Shown here: positions 24,901-37,209 of the stretch, in pieces
Layout: each line of letters opens with the position of its first letter
How positions within the stretch are numbered: the first letter of the stretch is position 1
Assembly: GCF_001194135.2 (NCBI RefSeq)
Contig: NC_068984.1
Coordinates: 36,092,609-36,130,979, forward strand
Direction: 5' to 3'
Length of the DNA stretch: 38,371 bases
Source of the DNA: Octopus bimaculoides
Lineage: Eukaryota
Translations under genes and position numbers: made by a program
Notes under the pieces: generated by a model
Seen by the model: the letters and a program-made list of their open reading frames with translations, nothing else
Databases searched by the model: none
Told to the model about the DNA's origin: nothing

Positions 24901-25053
24901 NNNNNNNNNNNNNNNNNNNNNNNNNNNNNNNNNNNNNNNNNNNNNNNNNNNNNNNNNNNNNNNNNNNNNNNNNNNNNNNNNNNNNNNNNNNNNNNNNNNN
25001 NNNNNNNNNNNNNNNNNNNNNNNNNNNNNNNNNNNNNNNNNNNNNNNNNNNNN
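24901..25053. other. Assembly gap (N run)
   Basis: Run of N. Confidence 1.
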
Positions 25054-25477
25054 ATTTACATATGTATATATGTGTGCGTGTGTGTGCGTGTGCGCGCGTG
25101 TGTGTGCATTTGTAATATGTACGTATGTATAGAAAACAAAGAGATGACACTGAAAAACCAAATAAGATGTGTTGGATTCTTAGTTGAGCATCAGGATAAC
25201 TTCCTATAGCTTCATTAGAGCTTTGAATACGATGGGCACATTATTGCTCTGCAGAAGCTAGAGGATGTAATCCTGGTACTCAACTAACAGTCCACCACAT
25301 CTTATAGTAGAAACAGCTGTAAGCTATTGAAGTTCATTACATAACATTTTGTTTTTCCGGTGTCATCTCTTATGTTTTCTATTACCATAAAACATTGTGT
25401 TCTAGATCATACATATATCGAGTTCTACATCAGCTTTTTAGTATCCCTATGCCTAAGCGAAATATTAATATCTATCT

Positions 25478-27309
25478 TCATTTGGATCAGACCTTGTTGA
25501 TTTAGTAACTAACATTAGATTTTGTAAGTAATAGAACCAATTTCAAGCTAAACTAAAAACTGATATTAGAAATTTTAGAAGTTCTAAAAACAAAAATGTG
25601 TATTTTCGGATAAGACCTGTATGAAATTCAAAATGGTTATGATGAATTGCTGAGATATGCCATATTTCCTAAATAAAGGAAAACTGATATAGATAAATAC
25701 AGTGATATTAACAACGAGGCTAAATTGCTTTGTAAGTGGAGTAAAATCGACCGTTGTTCAGAATGCTTAGTTATACGTGAAGCTTTCATTATTCTAAAAG
25801 ATCACAAATCATATTTCAGTAGTAAGCTTACTTGTAGACATTTAAACCCAGCGAGGACTGAAATGCCTTTAGTAGTTTAAAAAATGTTAAGGAAGATTAA
25901 TATCAGAATTAGAGACACAGCTAAAATACAGCAATTGGGTAATAGCATATCTGTCATAGATTGGTTTAGGAATATAAAAGATTATCATAGAGCTAGATTC
26001 ACTCAATTTGACATTGATGATTTTATTCCCTCGATATCGAGATTATTGGTAGATAAGACGATTGCTTAAAAAACTCATATTTAGTAAGGGCTTCGCATGG
26101 TTTAAAAATTCAGCTTCAGATGAGTTGTTTTGAGGTATCGATGGGATCGTATGACTAGGCAGAATTTGTGATCTTGTGGGTCTCTTTATATTACATACAC
26201 TGAGATCCAAGTTCCAATTCCATGATGTCAGTCTATATCAAGACGATGGGTTTGGAATATCACATGACTGTGATGATCACACTCCTGATAACTTTCAGAG
26301 AAATCTCATTGATAACTTCAGTCAATAAGGCATCAAAATTGCAGTTACTACTAATCTGTCTAAGGTTGATTTCTTTAGATGTTTTCCTAGATTTAAACCC
26401 CCGCTTCCGTGTCATAAGCGAAAGGAGAAGCCCTCATACACAAAGAGTCCTGTCAATCCCTATAGGTTTTAAAAATCTGATAGCTAACATTAGTAATAGG
26501 ATATCAAATCTATCTTCTAAACACATATTTAATAAAGCAGCCCCCTAGTATAATAATTCCCTAGCTAACAGCGGCTAGAAAAATAAAATATATTACAATT
26601 CTTTAAATTAGAATATCAATCGTAAAAATAAACCCAAAAATAGAACTAGGAAAGTAATTTCGTTCGCCTCTTCTTTCTCCATTAATGTAAAAACTAACGT
26701 AGGCGAGAAATTCCTGTCTCTTAGATAAGCATTTTCCAATAAATCATAAACACTGTGAAATGTTTAACAAAAGCTCAATATCATACACTTACCGCTCCAA
26801 TATGAATAGCAATATAACTCGCAAAAATCAGGAAGAGGCTAGTCCCAGTTGTAACTGTCGCGACCATGAAGCTTGCCCACTTGACCAGGCATGTATAATA
26901 GAACTCTATCATATACGAGGCTGAAGGTATAGCTACGCTCCAAGACAAATCAATTTGAAAGAATTACTTCGGGTTATGTGAGGGCGAATTCAGGAGACGT
27001 TATGCAGATAACTTATCTTCTCTCCGGCACATAGAGAAAAGTAATGCAACTAAGTTGGTTAGCCATGTAGGAAATTCGAAAAGCAGCCCCATGCCACTTA
27101 AAATTAAGTGGAGAATAATGGAAAAATTTAAGCCATATGTTAATGGATCTAAGAAATGCAACTTATCCGTTGTAGAAATATCTCATATTCTTCTCCGATC
27201 CAGAAATTCTAACACACTGCTTAATTCGAGATCTGAACATTTTACCAGGTGTAAATACATGGACAGGTTTCTTTTATCGAAATGGAGGGCACTACCGGCT
27301 CTAGATTGA
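25478..27309 (+). mobile_element. Penelope-like retroelement of Naiad type; nearly complete but disrupted RT + thumb + Cys-rich linker + C-terminal GIY-YIG ORF
   Basis: Colinear motifs across stops and frameshifts: SFGSDLVDLVTNIRF, NQFQAKLKTDIR, EAFIILKDHKSYFSSKLTCRHLNPA, VIDWFRNIK..FTQFDIDDFIPSIS, FEVSMGSYD/AE.CDLVGLFILHTL (~26130), catalytic SLYQDDG (26230-26250), FLDVFLDLN, ISNRISNLSS..IFNKAAP*YNNSLANSG, NVKTNVGEKFLSL/DKHFP, CNCRDHEACPLDQAC (26850-26895), IIYEAE..YFGLCEGEFRRRY (GIY-YIG) and IKWRIMEK..PYVNGSKKCNL..E..IL..LLNSRSE..RCK..FLL. Confidence 0.9.
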
Positions 27310-27664
27310 GTTGCTGCCTTGTTGACTTTGACATATTATCTCTCATTGTGTTCTAAACTAGTTTTATAGTTTTATTTCATGAGCAATCAAGGAGGATGAG
27401 GATCGTAGTTCTTGATTTCGTCTCTTTTTTCTCCTACCATTTTTTGCACCAAATTTCTTCACGTTTTTTCCATGTATTTTTCGTATTTTTTCACTGTACA
27501 GCGTCCTTTTTTAAAAGACAAATCATATATAACTCATGAACAGATCTTTAATGATTTCTTTATGATACACACCGCATTTTATAAATATGCATCTTCAAGT
27601 ATCATAATAGTATGAAATTATTGGTAGATCCTTCGGTTGTGCATTTAGGTATATGTATACATGT

Positions 27665-27800
27665 NNNNNNNNNNNNNNNNNNNNNNNNNNNNNNNNNNNN
27701 NNNNNNNNNNNNNNNNNNNNNNNNNNNNNNNNNNNNNNNNNNNNNNNNNNNNNNNNNNNNNNNNNNNNNNNNNNNNNNNNNNNNNNNNNNNNNNNNNNNN
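27665..27800. other. Assembly gap (N run)
   Basis: Run of N. Confidence 1.
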
Positions 27801-30800
27801 TATATATATATATATATATATATTACAGCTAGGAAAACGTCCATGGAAATTACTTTAATTCGTCCTCCTCAAGTATTTTGAATAATGATACTTACACATA
27901 CACATACAAGATGGCGTACACGCACGCACGCGCGCACACAGACATGCACACATATTGAAAGTATGTGTGTTTGTGATTGCATGGCTATATACGTGCGTGT
28001 GTGCATTTGAATGTAATGAAGAATTCAATGTACATCAATGTTTCAAATCTCATACCGAATTTCAAGCGGAAAACGCACGAAGATAGAAAATCATCTACGG
28101 ATATTTGAAGATATTTATGATTAAATTTACATCTACGTGAGCAGAAAAACAACACTGTTATCTTAATGTCATTCGCCCGAATTTTCAGAACAAGAAGCAA
28201 TTTATGATATTCATCGAAGGATTTTCTTGGCAGATATATATTCTCTACAAAGACCGTCGAATATGTGAATGCTCGGCCGTTCTACTGCTGTTACAGTAGC
28301 TTGCTTCTCTAGAGGTCAGGTTTGTTGAAGGCGGCTCTAGCTAGTTCCACCGGATTCAAATATACGATCTCTTTTCGTTACATATATTATGCCCACCCCA
28401 GATTCACATCTAGTACTACAAACATTTCCCATAATGATCACTCAGTAGAAATATTTTAACGTACTTTTATTATTATTTCTGCTCTTTATTTGGAATTATT
28501 CAAGATGAATTTAAACACCCAGAGTGTTTGCACTCGCGAGGACCTTTTGAATTCTATTCATATACCAGATTCTTCCAGAAAAAGTTTGTAGGTAAAAGAA
28601 GCTTTAAATAATTATTGCACAAAGCTCTCCAATTATGAAAACAATGTATCTTACGTAGTACATGATACATGAATTATCACATGAACTTCATTCTAGAATT
28701 CTTATATTTCTTTGCTGATTATTATTTTTTTATTTTTTGTTCACAAAACTGTCGCAAAGTGATAAAATCTATCGCAACAATGTGGACGAAAGATTATTCG
28801 GAAGCAGACAACAGTGTGGGATGGAGAATTAGGAAACAGGAACTATGATAGAGCAAAAATATGTGCAGGTGGTGGACGTACAAGTTCGAATTGGTGAGCA
28901 AATTCAGTGTCCGGTTATCAGCTTAAGAGGAAATAGAAGATCATTTCAAGAGAGCTAACTTCAAAGACATATTGTCGACCATGGAATCGAGGAAAAGAAA
29001 CTGAGATTAGAATTCGGTTCAGATAGTGTGAGTTTTGTGAAATAAAGCGATATCAACCTCACGATGGGAGCTCGTGCGTTTGAAAAAAAGTGGTGGAATT
29101 TTGGTTCACAAAGAGAAAGGCATAGTCTTAAATATTTGCACATAATGTATATGACACCAAAGATTACTTCGAAGTCAGCAAATAAAATATAGGAGATGAG
29201 CTTTTCGGAATTAATTCCAGTAACGCAGTCGCAGTAGTCTATGTAACGACTGTTAAGTTTAAGTGTGGACCAGGAGAAAACAATGAATGTCTTGGACTCA
29301 ACTTAACCAACAAAAAAACATCCTGAAGCCATACTAAAAGCTACTGCGTCCCCAATTTATAGTTGTAAAAATCACGCTGCAACCCAATAACATTAACAAA
29401 TTCATTTCATTATGAAGCGGAGAAGACAGGAATTTTGGTAGAATTTTGAAACTGTACAATAAGAAATTAAGAGTTTGTCTACGCAGATAGAAGATTACGG
29501 TGTGCATATAACTTGCATATTAAAAACAGGAGTCTAGTAGTAGAAAGGGGAGAGAATAAGGAGTTCATGATGTGGAGTGCTAGGTAATATCGTAGATGCT
29601 AAATAGTAAGATTAGTATCAAGTGCAAGTAAAGTTTCCCTATACATCGAATTTGTACATAGCAGCGTCGTTTCGTTTTCTACTTTATATGTGTTGTAATT
29701 ATATTTGCTCCTAGGTCTATAGAGAAAAGGCTGCTGTTGTCCTGAGGTTTACTAGTTATGGCTAAACTACATCAAATGTAAAACGGTAGGTTTTACATTT
29801 TTTTTTTTGTATTCGATCGTAAATGACTGAAATAACACTGTTCTGAAAATTCTGGTTCTAGTGGCAAGAATGAATATTTTATGAATGCCTTCGGTTTAAG
29901 TTGTTGAAAACACCAGCCTTAATACATACTTAAAGAAAGATATTCTTAGCACCGGCGGAATACTGACGGGCAATGTGATAGATTACAACGTACCATTATA
30001 GAAAACAAACTTATTATTCAGCTTTGAGGAGATGTCATATTGAATGAGCAGAGGAAAATAGAATACCTGGGACTCTCAAAACTAAAAGATATGTACGTGG
30101 TATAGTATTACGCATAGATGTATGAGAAAATTATTTCTTTTATAACATATTTTAGTTTAGACATATATAATCTTTATTGCAAATAATCAGTAGGTAGTAA
30201 AATGTAATAATTTCGAGCGTGAAAATAGCATTTTAAAGCAGGAAAAATAAAACAGTGCAAGGCGCTCATTACTCGAATTTTAAAGCTATAGACATTAATT
30301 CGTATCGAAATATTACTATTTATTTACAATGATGATTTCGTTCAGTACCAAATTATTACGCGGTAATATACACATAGCACTGAAACAGAATTCCATGCAG
30401 CTATTAGTACAATTTTATTTAATTTTGGATGCAATCACACAGTTCATAGACGAAAATAACAGCTTATTTTATGCTGTAACTTCTTTTCAATTGCATTTGT
30501 GTGAACTAAACCAATTTCCCTCATCAACGATATTATGATAAGTTTATCATTAGTGTTTAATTAAGAGGATATTCTGTAATCAACGGAAGAATTTCAAGTG
30601 AACTATAAAACTTTGCCGTCGTATTAGAGACTGTATTATTAAGTTCACTAAAAGAAATACCAAACGAACATTTAATATCATTGTTGTTCTATCATAACGT
30701 CCTTTTAAACTATGCATTCAACCAGAATTTGAACTCTGATTTCATTAAAACCAAATAAACGAGATAATTACATTTAGGTAAATGGATTAGCTGAAACATT

Positions 30801-31088
30801 TTCATATAGTAAAATGTTATGACTGAACTGGACTTGAAGTCTGTAGGAAATGAAATCGATAATTCTACCTACATTCTCCATTATTCCGCACGCAATCATC
30901 ATCTCCCCAATATGTGTTTGCGCGTGCGTGTGTGTGCTTTTATTTATATATCACGTGCTCGACCAGACTCTAGTACGTTTTCATACATCGCTGGTCACAA
31001 CATGCTTTACATCGTTTTAGATTTCGAATGATGCCACCCGCTGGCAACTCAAGCTGGCCAAGATTTCCACTCATCGGACGGCTAGTCC

Positions 31089-31215
31089 GGTGCAAGGTTA
31101 CCCATTTACATCAATATGGATTTGCGGCTATATGGATTAGAGCAACGTGAAATAAAGTGTTTTGCTGAAAAAGACTAGGCGCCTATCGGTTCAGGAATTG
31201 AAACCACGATCCCAA
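31089..31215 (-). mobile_element. tRNA-derived SINE fragment, reverse orientation
   Basis: ggtgcaaggttacccattt...agagcaacgtgaaataaagtgttttgctgaa...caggaattgaaaccacgatc. The reverse complement contains the B-box-like ggtttcaattcctg followed by a CORE-like segment. Confidence 0.7.
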
Positions 31216-31714
31216 GAATTTAGAAGAACGAGGTTTAGTGAGTGTCTGTTAACATGTAACTGAAGTAAATCTACGATTGTTTGACTAAGTTAACTTATGT
31301 GCACTTCTATCTACGTGATATCCTATTAAAAGTCCTTATTTTGGGAAGTGTTTTGATACTTTTCAAATACGCACATTTCAATGCTAATTCGTATCGACGT
31401 TCTTTCAATTTTTCTAAATGCATTGATGCTGCCTCATCTACTTAATGTTTTTCCCACTAATATGTACATACAAATTTCTTCTGTTAAACTATAAAGAGGG
31501 CGTTTTGAGTTTAAATAATACAAGAACTGTAGGTACATCATCCTCTCAGGTACTCTTAGATTTTATGATCTACAATATAAGTTACGAACGTCTATGTAAC
31601 GCTGAATTCCAAATTCACTTCAACCATCTACCTGGATAATAACTTGAAGAAAACGGCATATGGATGTGAATACTGGATGAATATGTTCTGCAAATGAACT
31701 AACTAAATCTATAT

Positions 31715-31790
31715 CCTTTATCTTTCTTTTACTTCTTGCAGTCTTTTATTTGTTTCAGACTGGTGTTATGTAGCGGCACCGTCTGAAAGG
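31715..31790 (-). mobile_element. Degenerate 3' end of the CORE-type SINE (same family as 21781-22090)
   Basis: tttatttgtttcagactgg..atgtagcggcaccgtc is the reverse complement of a decayed ggtgctccagca..tgactgaaaca.gtaaaag tail seen at 22020-22070. Confidence 0.5.
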
Positions 31791-32271
31791 ATGTCTTCAG
31801 GTTACGTCTGATGTGTGGTGTTGTAAGGAGGACGTCTTAGATTCGGTGTGTTAAAACTATCTGCATACCTTAATTTTAGTTGAAGACTATTGTTACTAGT
31901 TTGGATTCTTTTTTCTTTTCATCTGCTTACTATAGAGTGTGCTCGCGACATCTTCAAAGAAACAAATGTTTCAATATCATACGTTTTATCTATATAATAT
32001 GAAAATAAAATATGTATAAGTGTACACCGATAAAAAAAGAGATTGTTTTTCTTTCGTTATAGTAAAGCTATGTTAATATTATAACATTAGGTTAAAAATT
32101 ACTAATATCATATAAGAAACAAGCAAACTGGCAATATAATAATCTTGTTGCATATGAAAATAGTCGCATATAATATTTCCTATTCGCTATTCAGTTACAT
32201 AGTTTATGTGGTATATATATTGTGTCTAGGGAGAGTCACTCTGTTTTAATAACTAATCAATACTAAAATTA

Positions 32272-32310
<39 letters not shown>

Positions 32311-32486
32311 CGTATACACACATGTGTATGTACGTACGTGTGTGTGTGTACTTGCACAGGTATGTATTATTTATGTGTATTCATATATACATACGGATAT
32401 ATAGAAGGATGAATGCATATACGGAAAGCACACACGAGCACAAAATCACACACATACTTATATGTATATATGTATATGTATATATA

Positions 32487-33244
32487 NNNNNNNNNNNNNN
32501 NNNNNNNNNNNNNNNNNNNNNNNNNNNNNNNNNNNNNNNNNNNNNNNNNNNNNNNNNNNNNNNNNNNNNNNNNNNNNNNNNNNNNNNNNNNNNNNNNNNN
32601 NNNNNNNNNNNNNNNNNNNNNNNNNNNNNNNNNNNNNNNNNNNNNNNNNNNNNNNNNNNNNNNNNNNNNNNNNNNNNNNNNNNNNNNNNNNNNNNNNNNN
32701 NNNNNNNNNNNNNNNNNNNNNNNNNNNNNNNNNNNNNNNNNNNNNNNNNNNNNNNNNNNNNNNNNNNNNNNNNNNNNNNNNNNNNNNNNNNNNNNNNNNN
32801 NNNNNNNNNNNNNNNNNNNNNNNNNNNNNNNNNNNNNNNNNNNNNNNNNNNNNNNNNNNNNNNNNNNNNNNNNNNNNNNNNNNNNNNNNNNNNNNNNNNN
32901 NNNNNNNNNNNNNNNNNNNNNNNNNNNNNNNNNNNNNNNNNNNNNNNNNNNNNNNNNNNNNNNNNNNNNNNNNNNNNNNNNNNNNNNNNNNNNNNNNNNN
33001 NNNNNNNNNNNNNNNNNNNNNNNNNNNNNNNNNNNNNNNNNNNNNNNNNNNNNNNNNNNNNNNNNNNNNNNNNNNNNNNNNNNNNNNNNNNNNNNNNNNN
33101 NNNNNNNNNNNNNNNNNNNNNNNNNNNNNNNNNNNNNNNNNNNNNNNNNNNNNNNNNNNNNNNNNNNNNNNNNNNNNNNNNNNNNNNNNNNNNNNNNNNN
33201 NNNNNNNNNNNNNNNNNNNNNNNNNNNNNNNNNNNNNNNNNNNN
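32487..33244. other. Assembly gap (N run)
   Basis: Run of N. Confidence 1.
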
Positions 33245-33377
33245 ATTTTCAAATATTGAAAATAGAAAATAGGCATATAATATTCGCAACTATTTTGAGG
33301 TGACAATTTGCTCACTTATTTAATTTAGCTCCCTCATGATTCTTGTCAATTATGTATATATACACACATGCAAAATG

Positions 33378-33424
<47 letters not shown>

Positions 33425-34699
33425 CACACACACACACACAGATGCAAACATATATATATACACAGAAATGCATGCTCACCCACAATCAAATGTACACGGA
33501 CGCGAATAGATATTGAACAGCATATAAATTTGTAGAAGGAAAATTTACACACATACACATTAACACGCATACACACACACTCATACAATCATACAGGCAT
33601 ATACACACGAACATTTACAGACATATATTTATAGTATTAACTGTCATTTTCCACAAATGCACAGCAGTTGCTTATTAAATTTATCATAATTCTACTACTT
33701 GCCCTTTTCTCTAAAAAATTTTTTTTTTTAAATAAATATTTTAAACGGAATAAAACTATTAGCAGTTATTCGTATTTTTCCTTTTTATTTCCACTTGTTT
33801 CAGATAACTTATTTACCCTACCTAATTGGAAGATTTTCTTTCTTCATTATTTATCATTTATCACTTTAAAATTTTCACAAATTACTTTAAAATACATTTA
33901 GGTTGTCATTTGCCCTACCATGTTACAATCATTGTATCATTGATTCTTAAAGGAAAATATTTTATGACTCTTCGAAATGTTATTTCGACTTACCCCAAAT
34001 TTTATGTTTCATTCCTACTAAACTTTAAATTTTAAACATATTCCATCACGGTTCATATCATCTCTGCTACCAATGCCCGTGTAGCTTCCTGAATACTATG
34101 TATTCTCCTCTTTAACACTACTTCTCAATTTTGTTTTTGTTCTTATTTTCATGTTTTCTGTTGTTCTACATTCATTCATTTCTTTCACACAGCTTCGTTT
34201 TCACAACTACGTATGCACGTGAATGTTTGTTCATGTGTAAGGGTCTGTTTGTTTATTACTTTTATTATTAATTTTAAAATATTTTTTAAATTTAACTTCT
34301 TGTTATATGAATTCTATGGAACAGAAAGCAAGACGTCTTTTTGGTGTGAATAACTTCCTAATTAAGCACGGGATTCATGTAAAAATTAGAAAAAAAAAAT
34401 AAACATAATGCAAAAATCAACTAACATCATGAAATTTCTCTAAAAATATTATTTTTAGAAGAATAACATATCAAAACAAGTATCTGAATTAGAGTAACAT
34501 TTTTGAATATTATTATTAACAACAACAACAAAGCCAAATTATAGAAACATTAGTTGTAATGAAACTAATAATAACAATAAATTTGGAGGAAGCAAAATAC
34601 CGTATTGAAAATATCCAATTAAAATATATAAAAAATATTTTCATATATCATGAGATCTCATCAATGATCGAAAGAAATAAACACTCACAAAATGTATGT

Positions 34700-34752
<53 letters not shown>

Positions 34753-34849
34753 GAAACAAACGATCACAGGCGTAATGCATATATTTACATGATAATTTTT
34801 GTATACGATTTACATGATGTAATCAACTCATATCTTTGCAGATTTCTAG

Positions 34850-35390
34850 AAGGATTGATGGCTAGTTGATATTACTGCATGTTATATAAGCTGCTGCAAT
34901 ACTGAATTGTAGGTCTGCATAGTAGCAACGTATTCAAATACCAAGAATGTTGATAGCTCTTTGTTGCAGATTGAAGGCATTTTTTTCAGAAGATGGGATG
35001 CATTCACATAGCAGAGTGCTTATTAAACATATTGGGTAGAAACTTTGGCAGAGAGAAAGATGAAGGTAAGTGTGTCGGAATGAGGGGCATAGAGCTCTGT
35101 TCGTGAGGTGTACAGAGTAGCGAAAAGAAGTGAAGTATTAGTGAAGTGATGGGGAAAATATTTGGCTGGCAGAAGGACAGGCAGATTGAAGCTCAAGAGA
35201 ATGATTGTTTGAGAAAAGAGATATGTGAAGGACGATGCTGAGTGAAGAAAACTTAGAAGAACGTATGGCTGCTAAGCGTCATCGGCATAATAGTTATAGA
35301 CAATAGATATGAATCTAAGAAACGAGAGATATGGAGAAGCGATGCGGTTTGAACGGACCACATTAATCATATCAGTGAGGCGATGTAAGA
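34850..35390 (+). mobile_element. Possible very old RTE-like LINE 3' remnant
   Basis: Purine-rich patch with fragments ..GMRGI..GVQ.. and CEGRC*VKKT*..KREIWRSDAV, loosely like RTE C-termini (LGIRGI.CGVQ..; G...GRPRKTW; R..W...V). The similarity is weak and was judged by eye. Confidence 0.3.
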
Positions 35391-36566
35391 AATACAAACG
35401 AACCCTATCAGAGTAGAGAGACGATCATTTTATTGTGTGGTATCTGCATCACGTATGGTACACTTTTTGGGAAGTAGGAAGGGCGTAAACCTGGATTTGT
35501 ACAATGGACGAGGGAACTATCGAAATCCGAGCTAGTTGATGCATTACTTTGCTTTTATGCCTACCGACAACATTGGTTCGGAATTGCAGGTACATGCATA
35601 ATATGCATTGTTTTATTGACCAATCATCAAACATTAGAAACATCTATAAGGGTTTGACATAAATACCTCAAGTAAATTGCATGCATAAATTTTCCTATAC
35701 ATAATTTCCTTAGACTTGTCGTGTGTCTGCCTTTCGACATTTTCTGTCCCTAGACGTTTAGGACTCCGATCAGGCTGAACACAATTTGGTGACTATCAAA
35801 GTAGAAGATGTATTTCAAAACACACCAAAAAGCAATGTTAGAAACATAGAAGAATATAACACACACACTTAGAATTCTCCAATCATATCGAAATACAATG
35901 ATAAAATAATCTCCCAAATACCAGTCACGTCAGAAAAGCAACATGTGGGTACTGAAATGGAAACCTACCACTCATACAAATCAATACGTAACTGCTCGAA
36001 ACACCAAATATAGATTTAGAAAATATATTATTCGAAAAGGAACTGCAAGACACTAATAAGAAAATACAAAACTTTGAATAAATAAATAAAATATAAAACG
36101 TGAGCACTGACGTGTATTTAACGAAACTTATAAGTGTGCGTACATTCATTTATTATACCGAGTTCATATTTCTTTCATATTCCGTTTTGACCGATATTAT
36201 CGTTTTACCATTTATTTTTGATTTCTGTATTTTCGTTTCTCTTTAAGCCAACCGTATGGTTTGTATTCTTTAACTTCTAACAATGAACATATGTTTCTTC
36301 CTCTTAACATTTATTTATGTTTTCAATTGGTGAGAATATGATAGGTATTTATATTTAAATATTTATTTTTCAAATATTTTTTCAATATCTATTTTAGGAA
36401 CATCTACAAAGGTTATGTAAATAAATCCCTTTGCCAATTTGATAGTTTATAATATTTCTCTATGATTTTTTTTACGATTTAGACTGCATAAATTCTAGAC
36501 AAAATAGATTTCTATCATAATCCACATTATTTCATATTGAAATACTACGTTAGTCTTAATTATGTC

Positions 36567-36591
36567 TTATATATATAGATAGATAGATAGG

Positions 36592-36641
<50 letters not shown>

Positions 36642-36642
36642 C

Positions 36643-36700
<58 letters not shown>

Positions 36701-36755
36701 GTGTGTATGTATGTATGTGCCTATGTATGTATGTGCCTATGTGTGTGTGTGCGTG
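36567..36755. repeat. (GATA)n followed by (GTAT)/(GT) microsatellite
   Basis: Seen directly. Confidence 0.97.
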
Positions 36756-36759
36756 TCTT

Positions 36760-36972
36760 TGTCTATGTTTCTCCACCACCATCGCTTGACAACAGGTGTT
36801 GGTATGTTTAGGTCCCTGTAATCTAGCAGTTCAGCAAAAAGAGTACGATAAATAGGGCCAAGGTTTAAAAGATACATACATCCTGGAGTCGATTATTTCC
36901 ACTACAATTCCTCAAGGAGGCGCTTCAGGATGGCTGGATTCTAATGACAGAAACAAGAAAAGATAAAAAGTA
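36760..36972 (+). mobile_element. 3' half of the CORE-type SINE
   Basis: ccaccatcgcttgacaacaggtgttggtatgttta..gttcagcaaaaagagtacgat..ggagtcgatt..aaggaggcgcttcaggatggc..aatgacagaaacaagaaaagataaa. The 3' part is homologous to 21935-22075. Confidence 0.75.
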
Positions 36973-36974
36973 AT

Positions 36975-37013
36975 AGATATATATATATATGTGTCTCTGT
37001 GTGTGTGTGTATG

Positions 37014-37083
<70 letters not shown>

Positions 37084-37138
37084 GTATATATATATATATA
37101 TATATATACATATCAAATATATGTATGTGTCTGTATAG

Positions 37139-37173
<35 letters not shown>

Positions 37174-37205
37174 ACGTATGTGTGTGTCTGTGTGTGTTTG
37201 TATGT
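36975..37205. repeat. Alternating (AT)n/(GT)n compound microsatellite
   Basis: Seen directly. Confidence 0.95.
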
Positions 37206-37209
37206 TTGC

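Noticed and set aside
25478-27309. Selenoprotein-encoding Naiad (in-frame TGA at conserved Cys positions)
   Set aside because: The Cys positions I could locate (LTCR, CNC..CP..C, KKCN, RCK) are TGT/TGC, and one is TCC. None is TGA, and no canonical SECIS is visible downstream.
28780-29160. Purine-rich patch possibly from a LINE 3' end (..RWWT.., YQLKRK)
   Set aside because: The fragments are too short and out of register to support any family assignment.
34559-34700. Possible CR1 C-terminal remnant (RIENIQLKYIKNI)
   Set aside because: There is only one short, weak motif and no flanking RT motifs.
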